Shown: positions 1 to 8,947 of the stretch, piece by piece
How positions within the stretch are numbered: the first letter of the stretch is position 1
Layout: the number at the start of each line of letters is the position of its first letter
DNA from: an uncultured Candidatus Saccharibacteria bacterium
GTDB lineage: Bacteria > Patescibacteriota > Minisyncoccia > Minisyncoccales > GWA2-38-27
DNA length: 57,661 nucleotides
Direction of reading: 5' to 3'
Assembly (NCBI GenBank): GCA_964493085.1
Contig: CAZBLV010000006.1
Coordinates: forward strand, 1 to 57,661
Translations under genes and position numbers: made by a program
The notes under the pieces: generated by a model
Seen by the model: only the letters and a program-made list of their open reading frames with translations
What the model was told of the DNA's origin: nothing
The model's database searches: none

Positions 1-3000
1 CCCAAGAATATGTGGTGTTATAATCTAAGTCGAAAATCTCCTTACTGTTATTAGTTTGCCCTGAATATATGACGCCGTTTATATCGATCTCATATTCTGT
101 TTGAGGGTCATATCCAAGAGGATCGTTGTCTTCGTCGACATAAGTCCAGCTTAATTCTACGGCCGGATTTTCCTCGCATCCGTCTGTCTGCTGCGGCTCT
201 TCGGGGTTTGCTTCCGGGGGTTTATTGCCAGATAAAACCTCAATAGTTGCTGTATCTTCTGCCGAAAGAGTAATGTCAGGATTAACGATCTTTTCTACTA
301 TTACTTTGGCGGTGTAAGTGCCGGAGTCAGGATAGTTGCAGGCGTCGATTCCTTTTACTTCCTTTGGATTGTCATCATCGTCGTTGAAAACTTTTGGGTT
401 GTCATCATCTTCTCGGCAGTAAAAAGTATAATTAAAAGGTTCCGTGACATCTCCTGAAACAGTTGCCTGAAGGTCAATGTCCAATGGAGCCGAGCCTTCG
501 TAATTGTCTTGCCAATCTTCTGTTTCGGCTTTTCTCACCTTCAAATCAACTGACAGCTCCGGGATCCCTATATCAACATAATATATGTCAGTCGAGGTAG
601 AAGAAACGGGATCTACTGGCTTTAAAGGCATATGAAGATAAAGGCAGGGAACATTCCTGTAGCACCAGCAACCTTCATATTGGGGGTCGTCAGGATCTAA
701 AATGAGGTTTGGGAAAAACATATCTTCTGGGCATCCCGGAGGAGAGCCGGAACTTTCATCTTTTTGGCACCACTTAAGCATAGGCGCTGATTCTGAAAAA
801 ACTCCTTTTTCGAAATAAGCAAAGCAGTCAAAGGTATTTTCAATTTTTATCTGGCCCTCTTCTTCACTGACCGGCTGACAGCTTATTTCCATTTTCTCTT
901 TCAAGGCCTGATTAGGCCCATTAATACTGCAAGGGTTGTCCTCCGTAGCAGTACAAGAATTAATAACGTCATCTTCCTCGTCCACTCTTTTTATTTCGCA
1001 AGACAGCTTTTCAACGCTTAAATCTATCTTTCTATGGCAATTGACTTGAGTTCCTACGCAGGCGCTTTTAGGGTCAGAACCGATATTCGTGAAATTGCTG
1101 TAAGGGAAAAGATAGGTTGCCAATCCAGATTCGTCTTCATAAGAACCGTGGTCACTGCAGAAGTTCTCAATTCCCTCAGCATCCAGATCATCAAACTCGT
1201 TATAATAACTGGATAAATCATCCCAATCATAGGGACAGCTCTCTTCCAAAACTTGCTCTGGATTCTGGCTACGGCATTTTGTGTTTGAATAATAGTAATC
1301 GTCAACCCAGTTTACAGAGCCGGTATACATCTGATTAGACGAAGTAAAAGCGCCCCCGGAGGACAGCGTGCCCTCAATTTCGCCGCCGATAGAGATGACG
1401 GTTGGTTCGTCTTCTTCTTCGGATAGAAGCAGGCCTTCTGATTTGATGGAATCGTAGCTGTTATAAGCTAACCAACCAAGGCCTAGCCCGAACAAATCCC
1501 AATCTTCACCCTGGCTGCAGTCATCGAGAGAGTCCCATTCGTTATAGAAAAAATCGCAACAGGGCTGTTCGCACGGGGTGGATGTAGGGAGACCGCAATT
1601 TGGTCCTGTTCTCGGGCATTGAAATTCAAGATCTGCCCCATAATAAGCTGAAGCCAGCAGAGGGAAGAATAGTAAAAAGAGCAAAAGGCCTGCTACCTTA
1701 AAGTTGTTTTTTCTTTTCATAAATTTTCTGTAAAAATAAACAATAATGCCGACTAAAATTAGCACAAGAAAACCGATACCAATCTTTTTCAACGGCAAGA
1801 CCGGCGCTATTTCTTCCTCTCTTGGAGTAAAGTTGTCAATATTGTATTCTGTTTCAATGCTGTCTACAAGATTTTCTTCCTTGTAAAGCTTTGAAACGAC
1901 AGTTAGCCGGTCAATGTTTTTTGAGGGCTTAAATTTCTTTTCCAGACCCATGGCAGCGGGAGTTATTCTCCCTTCGTACTCCATTTGGGCGATAACTTTG
2001 TCTTTTTCCTTTACTTCGACAACAATTTTTCCGTTAAAGTCGGTGAAAGCGGCGGTGTTGGAAAAACAGCTGAAGAGAGTAGTTTCTTCGCCTCTTTTCA
2101 AAGGAAACTTATCAAGACCGCTGAAGAGAAACCTTCCTCTTCCTTTTTCAACAGCAAATCTCACATTAAGCATTGTTTTCTGGCCTTCTCCTTCAACTAT
2201 GATTCTTGCGATATAGTTTCCCGGAGAAAGAGGAGGGATGGTGAATTCCAGCAGCTGATCTTCGCTCAAAGAGACTGATCTTTTCTCGTTGTAGTCTGCG
2301 AATTTTTCTTCTTTGTCGAGTAAGTCAAAGTAATAGACGCCAAAGGAAAGATCGGCTGTTCCTTGGTCCAAGGTGCTTTTTAGAGGCACAGAGAGAGAAA
2401 TCTCTTGGCCTTCTTCTATGCCAGCACCTCTAGCTGAAGAAACAGCTTTCTTGTTATTAACCGATATATTGTTCTTGTCCAGCCAAAATCCTTTGTCTGG
2501 GCCAGTTATTTCAAACGGCATTAGTTCCCCGAAAACCATAGGATTAAAGCTCAAGCCGCTTAAGCTAAACCGATGCGAAACAGAAAAAAAGAGAAGAGCT
2601 TTATATTTTCCGTTCATAGCATTTTCCGGCGGGTTCCAGTCAAAGCTTATTTTCTTTTTTTCTCCTGGCCAAAGGCCCACATCTTCAACTGCCACAAATT
2701 CGTCAACCAGAAAATCTGCGTTTGGGGTTTCAGGATCATCGCGGTAAATCTTGGCGAAAACCAAACCGTCAGCTACAGGGTAGCTGTTATTGTTCGCTAC
2801 GCCAAAGTTAAAAGAAAAAGCCGAGTCCTTTTTGCTGACGACAGCGTTTTTAAACTCTATGCTTCCGAAAGCGTAATGGTCAGAGCAATCAACTAAACTT
2901 CCCCGCTTGTCTTCAGTGAACAGGTTCTCCGGGACCAAAGCAGCGAAAGCATTCTTTGCAAGGCTGGCCAGGTTCGTTATTGGCTCCGGCATTTGAGCAA

Positions 3001-3640
3001 ATTGCCCAAAAACATTTTCAGGAAAGGAGGGGTCGGAAACAGAGGAGGGACATGACAATCCCGGTAGCCCGTTGGTTATGAATCCCCCGTCGTAGCCCAA
3101 CAAGAAGCACTCTTCTTCGCAACCGCAGGGGCCCGGCCCTAATATGCAGGCAGGGCAAGCAGGTTCCTGGCACAAATAGCGAGGATCACACGCAACAGTA
3201 AACAATGTAGGTCCGTCTTCGGGAGGATAGTCCTCTACTCTAGCTATACATGAGGCGGTACAGCAGTCTCCAATCACAAATGCACAACATCCTGGGACGG
3301 TTTCATAGACGCACTGCTCACAGGTTCTCTGTGTCCCTTGCATCGGACTGCCCCAATCCAAAGTACTCCCAGTATACTCATAGTTATCGTAATTCTCCAA
3401 TACATAACTTATTACCTCGCTCTTGAGGCCGGCGACAGAACATGTGCCATCCCCACACTCGTATATATAGTGATCAAACGGACTCGGCGTCTCCGAGAAA
3501 TCGGGACAGACCTCTTCCATAGAAGGTTCCGGGCCACAGTAAGAGGGCCATTCCCACCATGATCCTCGGACAGCCGCAGGTGAGGCTAAAGAAAACAAGG
3601 ATAAAATAATAATGCCAAAAAATAGTATCTTTTTTTCCAT
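1..3640 (-). CDS. Large Cys-rich secreted/surface protein, 3' end outside the window: signal peptide, Cys-rich region, Ig-like region, TM plus internal signal peptide, second Cys-rich region, PKD-like and FN3-like modules
   Basis: Hand translation from ATG 3640 (MEKKILFFGIIILSLFSLASPAA...) stays open to the window edge (...DLDYNTTYSW), at least 1213 codons. It is missing from the ORF track because no stop lies inside the window. An in-frame TAA sits 8 codons upstream of the ATG. PKD-like GSAPLDIDL...YTFYC...GTYTAKVIVE; FN3-like LSWTYVDEDNDP. Confidence 0.8.
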   Translation of the reverse strand, partial: MEKKILFFGIIILSLFSLASPAAVRGSWWEWPSYCGPEPSMEEVCPDFSETPSPFDHYIYECGDGTCSVAGLKSEVISYVLENYDNYEYTGSTLDWGSPMQGTQRTCEQCVYETVPGCCAFVIGDCCTASCIARVEDYPPEDGPTLFTVACDPRYLCQEPACPACILGPGPCGCEEECFLLGYDGGFITNGLPGLSCPSSVSDPSFPENVFGQFAQMPEPITNLASLAKNAFAALVPENLFTEDKRGSLVDCSDHYAFGSIEFKNAVVSKKDSAFSFNFGVANNNSYPVADGLVFAKIYRDDPETPNADFLVDEFVAVEDVGLWPGEKKKISFDWNPPENAMNGKYKALLFFSVSHRFSLSGLSFNPMVFGELMPFEITGPDKGFWLDKNNISVNNKKAVSSARGAGIEEGQEISLSVPLKSTLDQGTADLSFGVYYFDLLDKEEKFADYNEKRSVSLSEDQLLEFTIPPLSPGNYIARIIVEGEGQKTMLNVRFAVEKGRGRFLFSGLDKFPLKRGEETTLFSCFSNTAAFTDFNGKIVVEVKEKDKVIAQMEYEGRITPAAMGLEKKFKPSKNIDRLTVVSKLYKEENLVDSIETEYNIDNFTPREEEIAPVLPLKKIGIGFLVLILVGIIVYFYRKFMKRKNNFKVAGLLLFLLFFPLLASAYYGADLEFQCPRTGPNCGLPTSTPCEQPCCDFFYNEWDSLDDCSQGEDWDLFGLGLGWLAYNSYDSIKSEGLLLSEEEDEPTVISIGGEIEGTLSSGGAFTSSNQMYTGSVNWVDDYYYSNTKCRSQNPEQVLEESCPYDWDDLSSYYNEFDDLDAEGIENFCSDHGSYEDESGLATYLFPYSNFTNIGSDPKSACVGTQVNCHRKIDLSVEKLSCEIKRVDEEDDVINSCTATEDNPCSINGPNQALKEKMEISCQPVSEEEGQIKIENTFDCFAYFEKGVFSESAPMLKWCQKDESSGSPPGCPEDMFFPNLILDPDDPQYEGCWCYRNVPCLYLHMPLKPVDPVSSTSTDIYYVDIGIPELSVDLKVRKAETEDWQDNYEGSAPLDIDLQATVSGDVTEPFNYTFYCREDDDNPKVFNDDDDNPKEVKGIDACNYPDSGTYTAKVIVEKIVNPDITLSAEDTATIEVLSGNKPPEANPEEPQQTDGCEENPAVELSWTYVDEDNDPLGYDPQTEYEIDINGVIYSGQTNNSKEIFDLDYNTTYSW

Positions 3641-4021
3641 AAACTGTTTGGTTACTTTTTCTTAATCCATTTTATTATCTTGAAGCGAAAAAAGCAACTT
3701 CTTTAATTTTTCTGCGCGGGCTTTAAGACATAAACAAATCGCCAGCTTTGTCGGCGCAGGATCGGGAATCAGTAAAAGCAAAAATGAGGCAGGAGTTTCT
3801 TTCCTTCAGCTTGCCCAGGCCCATCTTGATTTCTGTCATGCGGAAAGCGCGATTGCTTGGCTTTATGTGACAAAGGATTGTTTTTTTCATCACATCAGTC
3901 TGTGCTGGCTTGATTTTTTTGTGATTAAGGGCTAGGATAGGCGTTGTCAAAAATCTTAATTGACGATCTCCAAACCATGAAGGCATGGTAAGGCCTTGGA
4001 CCTTGAAAAGGAGTTGGAAAA

Positions 4022-4219
4022 ATGAAGGACAAAGTCGACGTTAGAGAAGCTACGCACGTCAGAGTGAACGGCCGGGTAGAAAGGATTGTCTCTAAGTGGG
4101 GCATTGACAGCGATGGTCGTCTCGCGAAGCCGTCAGAGGGCGGATTCGGAGTTGTAACAGAAAGCGGCCTGCGCGTAAACATGTGGCAAGCGCATTCGTA
4201 CCTGCGCGAAGAGAATTAA
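4022..4219 (+). CDS. Small hypothetical protein (65 aa)
   Basis: AAGGAG Shine-Dalgarno upstream, protein-like composition, hairpin plus T-run downstream. Confidence 0.7.
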   Translation: MKDKVDVREATHVRVNGRVERIVSKWGIDSDGRLAKPSEGGFGVVTESGLRVNMWQAHSYLREEN

Positions 4220-4248
4220 AAGAAGCATTTTTGCACTACTAATCATGG

Positions 4249-4283
4249 GTCCCTTCGGAATTCAATCTGTGGGGACTTTTTTT
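4249..4283 (+). terminator. Intrinsic terminator after the 65-aa ORF
   Basis: GTCCCT...GGGGAC stem followed by T7. Confidence 0.6.
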
Positions 4284-4380
4284 AATCTCGTGAACAGATT
4301 TTTTGCCGACAGCCACCTCATTTTTTTAAGATTCCTCTAGCTTAAAACGGACTTCAAAAACAAAGTAAGAGGATTATAAA

Positions 4381-4405
4381 AAAAAGACGCATTTTTGCGC
4401 CTTTT
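4381..4405 (-). terminator. Probable terminator of the Gre-like gene
   Basis: Imperfect inverted repeat AAAAGACGCA/TGCGCCTTTT next to an A-tract (a U-run on the minus strand). Confidence 0.45.
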
Positions 4406-4418
4406 GAAATTTAAGAAC

Positions 4419-4919
4419 TCATTCTTCTATCTCTTTGAATACTTCTTCTGCTCGGGATGGCGGGAATATCTTTTCGATAACTACAAACTTTGGAGCCTTT
4501 TCAGGCGCCCTAATAATCGCGCTCTCTCCGACTGCTTTGCCGTCGATGGCACGTCCAAGCGGGCTGCCGATGGAAGCTCTTCCCTGCGTTCTTTCTACTA
4601 AATAGCCGTCAATAACGTAGGCTTTCTTCTCGCCATTTGGATATTTGAGAAGGACTCCGTTTCCGAGATCAACTCTTGCGTCTTGTTCGCGAATGCTTTC
4701 TACGCGGGCGCAGAATTCAAGTCTCTGAAGGCGGGCCAATTCTCCCCGCCACATATTTTCTGAAACTTCTCCGATTTTAAAACCTTCGTCGTGCCATCCG
4801 TCTTGTCCTGCCGCAGAATCCCCTTTAGAGGAAATGGCATCATTGATTTCTCTTCTTGCTCTCTCTATTGCATTAAGCAGCTTCTGGTGCCCTTCCGGAG
4901 TAAAGATTACATCTTGCAT
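4419..4919 (-). CDS. GreA/GreB-family transcription elongation factor-like protein with atypical tip
   Basis: N-terminal FTPEGHQKL coiled coil and C-terminal SIGSPLGRAIDGKAVGE...AP signature. The tip reads DGWHDEGF instead of GDLxENAEY. Confidence 0.85.
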   Translation of the reverse strand: MQDVIFTPEGHQKLLNAIERARREINDAISSKGDSAAGQDGWHDEGFKIGEVSENMWRGELARLQRLEFCARVESIREQDARVDLGNGVLLKYPNGEKKAYVIDGYLVERTQGRASIGSPLGRAIDGKAVGESAIIRAPEKAPKFVVIEKIFPPSRAEEVFKEIEE

Positions 4920-4980
4920 TGTCCTTATCCTTTCTTTTTAAAGAACTCAATTTAGACAATAGGTTAAAAAATCTTTTTTG

Positions 4981-5316
4981 TCAATTATTGCTTTTTATTA
5001 CTAGATCTCTATATGGCTCGGAAATAATATCACTTTTATCCAGCTTGAGCCGTTCTAATAGTTTCAAATTTTTCCTTAGAGCCTCTTTTTCTTCTTTTTT
5101 AGTAGAGGCCCTTTCTTCAATTTCCAAAAACCAGCCAAGCTCTTTAATTTTATCAAGGGCTATAATGCTTTCTCCCGAAAGAAAAGTTTTCCTCTCTTTA
5201 AAAACCCTAGCCACCTCTTTAAATCCTAAGGACTGAAGCAACTTATTCATTTCTTCTGCAGAACAAGATAAAGGTATGTTGATTTCTTCTTTCCAGAACT
5301 GCTTTTCTCTTTTCAT
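4981..5316 (-). CDS. CYTH/class IV adenylate cyclase-like domain, C-terminal fragment of an interrupted NUDIX-MTase-CYTH gene
   Basis: LGFKEVARVFKERKTF, LDKIKELGWFLEIE, PYRDL. The frame continues upstream (GKTTEADIYF...LRIR...LTYKGP) to the TAG at 5449-5451. Confidence 0.75.
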   Translation of the reverse strand: MKREKQFWKEEINIPLSCSAEEMNKLLQSLGFKEVARVFKERKTFLSGESIIALDKIKELGWFLEIEERASTKKEEKEALRKNLKLLERLKLDKSDIISEPYRDLVIKSNN

Positions 5317-5448
5317 AGAATTATTGGAGGGGCCTTTGTAGGTTAATTCTTTGTATTGGCCTCTTTCTCTTATTCTTAAACACTCTTTAGACTTAATAAA
5401 GTCTCGGTAAGGGGCTGTAAAGTAAATGTCAGCTTCTGTTGTTTTTCC

Positions 5449-5952
5449 CTAGGATAGGCACTTTAATTGGGCAATCTTTCTCTTTACCGCTTTTATTTTT
5501 GAGGCAGGGATCTTAGCTTTTATTTCAACCTCTTTGCTGTTTTTTTCTCTTTCTACTGAGCAGTAAAAATAAACTCCTTTAATGGTATTAATAGTTCCGA
5601 AGCGAGCTTTTCTGTTTTTCGGCTTGCAAGGCTTGATTTTTTCTTTGAAGCTCTCAAGGGTTAAGAAGCTTTCTCCTTTGTCTCCCAAAAAACAGACATA
5701 ATACCAATGCCATATTTTAGAAAGAGCGCTTGACTGAGTAGGGTCGTCAATGTCTACAATAATTAGTTGCCTTGAGATATTGATAAGCTTTTTTAGGAGC
5801 GCCTCTTGGTCCTTGTCTGGTATGTGATGGAGGGTGTTCTTCAGGATTATTAAATCAAATCTTTTATTAAATGGCAGGCTTCTTGCATCGTGGTTTGTCA
5901 AAATAATATTGCTTTTTTTTGTTTTGATCTTAAAAAAGACAAAACCTTCCAT
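5449..5952 (-). CDS. Class I SAM methyltransferase C-terminal half plus start of CYTH domain (middle fragment)
   Basis: HDARSLPF...FDLIILKNTLHHI methyltransferase motifs; EVEIKAKI is the CYTH ExExK motif; ends at an in-frame TAG. Confidence 0.7.
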   Translation of the reverse strand: MEGFVFFKIKTKKSNIILTNHDARSLPFNKRFDLIILKNTLHHIPDKDQEALLKKLINISRQLIIVDIDDPTQSSALSKIWHWYYVCFLGDKGESFLTLESFKEKIKPCKPKNRKARFGTINTIKGVYFYCSVEREKNSKEVEIKAKIPASKIKAVKRKIAQLKCLS

Positions 5953-6683
5953 GAGATATCATTTCCTATACACAAGCGAGGCGAGAACTTTTTCTCTATT
6001 TTAAAAATCAAATTGTCGTCTCCGCAACTGGCATCCATGACTGTTTCCGGTTTTCCAGAGATAAGGGAGAATATTTGAGCCTTTATCTTATTAGAGGCGA
6101 TGTTTCCCAGTCTTTTTACCAATAATTTGTTTAAAAGATAGCCAAAATGGTGTCTTTTAACAGTTTCTATCTCTTCGTAAGGAGGGTCAAGGAGCTTTTC
6201 TTCCATTGCCTTTTTCGCAAGCTGAAAAATCTTTTTATTCTGAAAAACCATTTTTTTAGGAGCATTTTTTTGATAAACAATCCTGACATTCGAAGACTCT
6301 TCTTTAACCTTTCCTCTGGCCAGAGCAGTGAAGGCGATTCCTCGGTGAGATGTTGTTCTGTTTTTCCATTGAAAAACATTAGTTAAAACCGCAATAGGCT
6401 GAAGTTCGTCAATAGAAACCCCAGTTTTTTCCAAGACAATTCTATTAACTGAATCCTCTAGCTTTTCTTTTTTGCTGACTGTCCCCCCCACCAGCTCCCA
6501 GCCGATATTTTTATTCAGGTCTCTTATTAGAAGGGTTTCCCTTCTTTTGTTGAAAATGCTAATAGTTACAAAGTTATACTTTTTTTGGCACAATCTGAAA
6601 AAATTGAAATCCACTTCTTCTTTGTATTTCAATTCTGGGAGGCTGTATAATTTTTTATAGATATCTATAATTTTTTGTTCCAT
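5898..6683 (-). CDS. Degenerate NUDIX domain plus methyltransferase motif I (N-terminal fragment)
   Basis: GWELVGGTVSKKEKLEDSVNRIVLEKTG is Nudix-box-like; VMDASCGDD...GNDIS is SAM-binding motif I. Frameshifts at T8 (5913-5920). Likely start ATG 6683 (the track starts at 6725). Confidence 0.7.
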   Translation of the reverse strand: MEQKIIDIYKKLYSLPELKYKEEVDFNFFRLCQKKYNFVTISIFNKRRETLLIRDLNKNIGWELVGGTVSKKEKLEDSVNRIVLEKTGVSIDELQPIAVLTNVFQWKNRTTSHRGIAFTALARGKVKEESSNVRIVYQKNAPKKMVFQNKKIFQLAKKAMEEKLLDPPYEEIETVKRHHFGYLLNKLLVKRLGNIASNKIKAQIFSLISGKPETVMDASCGDDNLIFKIEKKFSPRLCIGNDISWKVLSFLRSKQKKAILF

Positions 6684-7081
6684 TGAGGCGGAGAAGAGGT
6701 AAGGTTTATTCCCTCGCTGCATCAAGACTTTTGCATCGCCTTTTCCGAATTCTTCTAGAAGTTAGTAGCTTCAGCGGCAAAAAGATGTTGGCAGCGCTCT
6801 TCTGTTAGGTTGCTTTTTGTCTTCAAGGCGGCCTCTTTTTTATTAAATCTTGTTCTTTGGGAAGATAAGGCAAATCTTCTCTTCTTTGAAGGGCAAAAAG
6901 GAAAGTATAATTCCAAAACACCCTTCCTTCATTGATTTCTAAGAAGCAAAACGCTTTTAATATAGTAGAAAATGAAAAATTAGTCAAATAATTTAGGCAA
7001 TGCGCAAGAGGCCTTTCGGGCAACTCAAGGATGCGCAAAACCGCTTTTCTTTATTACGCAAAAATAGTAAAATAATCCATT

Positions 7082-8062
7082 ATGAATTCAGAAGACATTA
7101 AAGAAATCTGCAAGCTCTATCCGGACTGGGCCGCAGAAACCATCAATGCGAGAAAAGCGGGGGGACAGACAAACAGGAACTGGATAGTAAAACATAAAGG
7201 AAAAAAGTTTTTTGTCCGCCTTCCCTGGCAAATGGCAGAAATTGTAGACAGAAATGTTGAGTCTAAGAATATTCTAGCCCTAACAAAGAATAAAAAAGCA
7301 TGTTGCATAACCCCTAAAGCCCATCTCTACATTATGAAAGGAAGAGATGTTCTGGGGAACTCTTCGGAAAAATACGATCTTCCGGACGGCACTATGGTCG
7401 CAGACTACATTGAAGGGAAAGATATAGACGGCAAAGATTTAGAGAGCCCCGGGATCCAGGACGCTTTAGTCGGAACTCTGCATAATTTTCACTCAAGCGG
7501 GGTGAGGTTTGTTAATGACTATGACGTCTTTAGAGACGAAGTGGAAAAATACAGAGAAAAAGCCCTGACTTATCCTGTTTCCGAATTAATAAGCAAAGAT
7601 AAGATTAACGGAATAAAAGAAGTAGAGGGACAAGCAAGAGACAATTTAGAGATTAAGGGAGGGGTTTCCACCCATAACGATCTCATCTTTGAGAACTTGA
7701 GATTAAGCAAAGAAGGAAAAGTTTTCCTCTTGGATTTTGAATATGCAGGATTTAACTTGAGAAACGGCCTTGTTTATGATCTAGGGATTATTTTTGGAGG
7801 AAATCTTTTTCAGAGCAACCCTATTAGTTTAGAAAGCTATAAACAGATTTTGAATAAAGCATCTTCTGTTTACGAGAAAGAATTTAGTTTACAGGAAGTC
7901 CTGTACGGGGCTTTGACTAATATTTTAGTAATGTTTTGGTGGGGTATTGTAAAATATTTTAATTCTGAAGAGGATAAAGACTATTTTAAAAACTACGTAT
8001 TGGTGAGGGGAGATAAAATATTAGAACTCTTTGAATCTATAAAAAAAGGGGGAGTTAGTTAA
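7082..8062 (+). CDS. Choline/ethanolamine kinase-like (APH-family) phosphotransferase
   Basis: GGQTNRN loop, Brenner motif HNDLIFEN, LLDFEYAG, YDLG. Confidence 0.85.
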   Translation: MNSEDIKEICKLYPDWAAETINARKAGGQTNRNWIVKHKGKKFFVRLPWQMAEIVDRNVESKNILALTKNKKACCITPKAHLYIMKGRDVLGNSSEKYDLPDGTMVADYIEGKDIDGKDLESPGIQDALVGTLHNFHSSGVRFVNDYDVFRDEVEKYREKALTYPVSELISKDKINGIKEVEGQARDNLEIKGGVSTHNDLIFENLRLSKEGKVFLLDFEYAGFNLRNGLVYDLGIIFGGNLFQSNPISLESYKQILNKASSVYEKEFSLQEVLYGALTNILVMFWWGIVKYFNSEEDKDYFKNYVLVRGDKILELFESIKKGGVS

Positions 8063-8814
8063 CTCCCCTTGTTGGCGAAATGCGAGATTACGTCAGCTAC
8101 TCCTCTGGCGTACGGGTACTGCGAGATGTGCCCTTGTTTTGCTTGAACGAGATTTTTACATTCTTTATTCGCGTTGAACGGACAACCGACAAACCCTACT
8201 TTTTCCAGGAAAGAAAGATCGCCGTTGGAATCTCCGATTCCCAGCATCCGGCTAGGACAGAGTCCGGACACTTCAGCTAGAAAGTCCAGGCCCGAGGCCT
8301 TGTTGATGTCGGGCGGAGCGATGTCTATTGCTACGTCAGAATGGCTTATCCTAACGAATCCCTTGTCAACCAGCTCTTTCAGCTCTCTTTTTACTTCCTT
8401 AAAGATGTCAGAGATTCTTGCCTCTGATCCGTGTTTTCTCTCAATGGCAATACAAACCATATTGCCTGGATAAAGAAAAAGATCCGGGTGCTTGCCAAGA
8501 ATCCCTTCCACTGCTTTCTTCACCTGATCCTCAAAGACCATTCTCCCTGCTTGGGTAAGCCGGGGGTTGATTCTTAAATCTTTGGTAGAGGGATTAAACA
8601 AGGCAATTCCGCTTTCAATTACAGACCAGAAGTCAGGCCATCCTAAGAAAGCGGCAACAGCTTCAACGTAATTGCGGTCTCTTCCCGTACAAAAAGCAGT
8701 AGGAAACCTTTTTGCAAAACAAGAAACTTCTTTCAACCCTTGATAATAGCCATCCGGAACCTCTCCCTTGTTAAGAGTCAAACATCCGTCCACATCGATC
8801 AGCAGCGCTTCCAT
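8059..8814 (-). CDS. HAD-superfamily (Cof/class IIB, phosphoglycolate-phosphatase-like) phosphatase
   Basis: DVDGCL motif I, CTGR, INKASGL, GDSNGD motif IV. Confidence 0.85.
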   Translation of the reverse strand: MEALLIDVDGCLTLNKGEVPDGYYQGLKEVSCFAKRFPTAFCTGRDRNYVEAVAAFLGWPDFWSVIESGIALFNPSTKDLRINPRLTQAGRMVFEDQVKKAVEGILGKHPDLFLYPGNMVCIAIERKHGSEARISDIFKEVKRELKELVDKGFVRISHSDVAIDIAPPDINKASGLDFLAEVSGLCPSRMLGIGDSNGDLSFLEKVGFVGCPFNANKECKNLVQAKQGHISQYPYARGVADVISHFANKGS

Positions 8815-8947
8815 GCAGTTCGCCCTTTCTTTTTTTGGGTTTTCAACGAACTTGCCTCTATCTCTATTCTACAATTTTTATTTAAAGACACAACCCTTTT
8901 ATTTAATTTAAACTGTATTATAATGATATTGTGTAAAAAACAAAGCC

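Noticed and set aside
365..415. Short duplication encoding DDDNPK twice
   Set aside because: A two-copy in-frame coding duplication with no sign of a repeat system.
1034..3562. Short plus-strand and alternate-frame track ORFs in 1-3.6 kb
   Set aside because: They are shadows of the long minus-strand gene starting at 3640.
3723..3986. Minus-strand 87-aa ORF (likewise 6823-7038 and 37410-37595)
   Set aside because: No recognisable motifs, and they overlap likely promoter regions; cannot be supported, though decayed fragments are not excluded.
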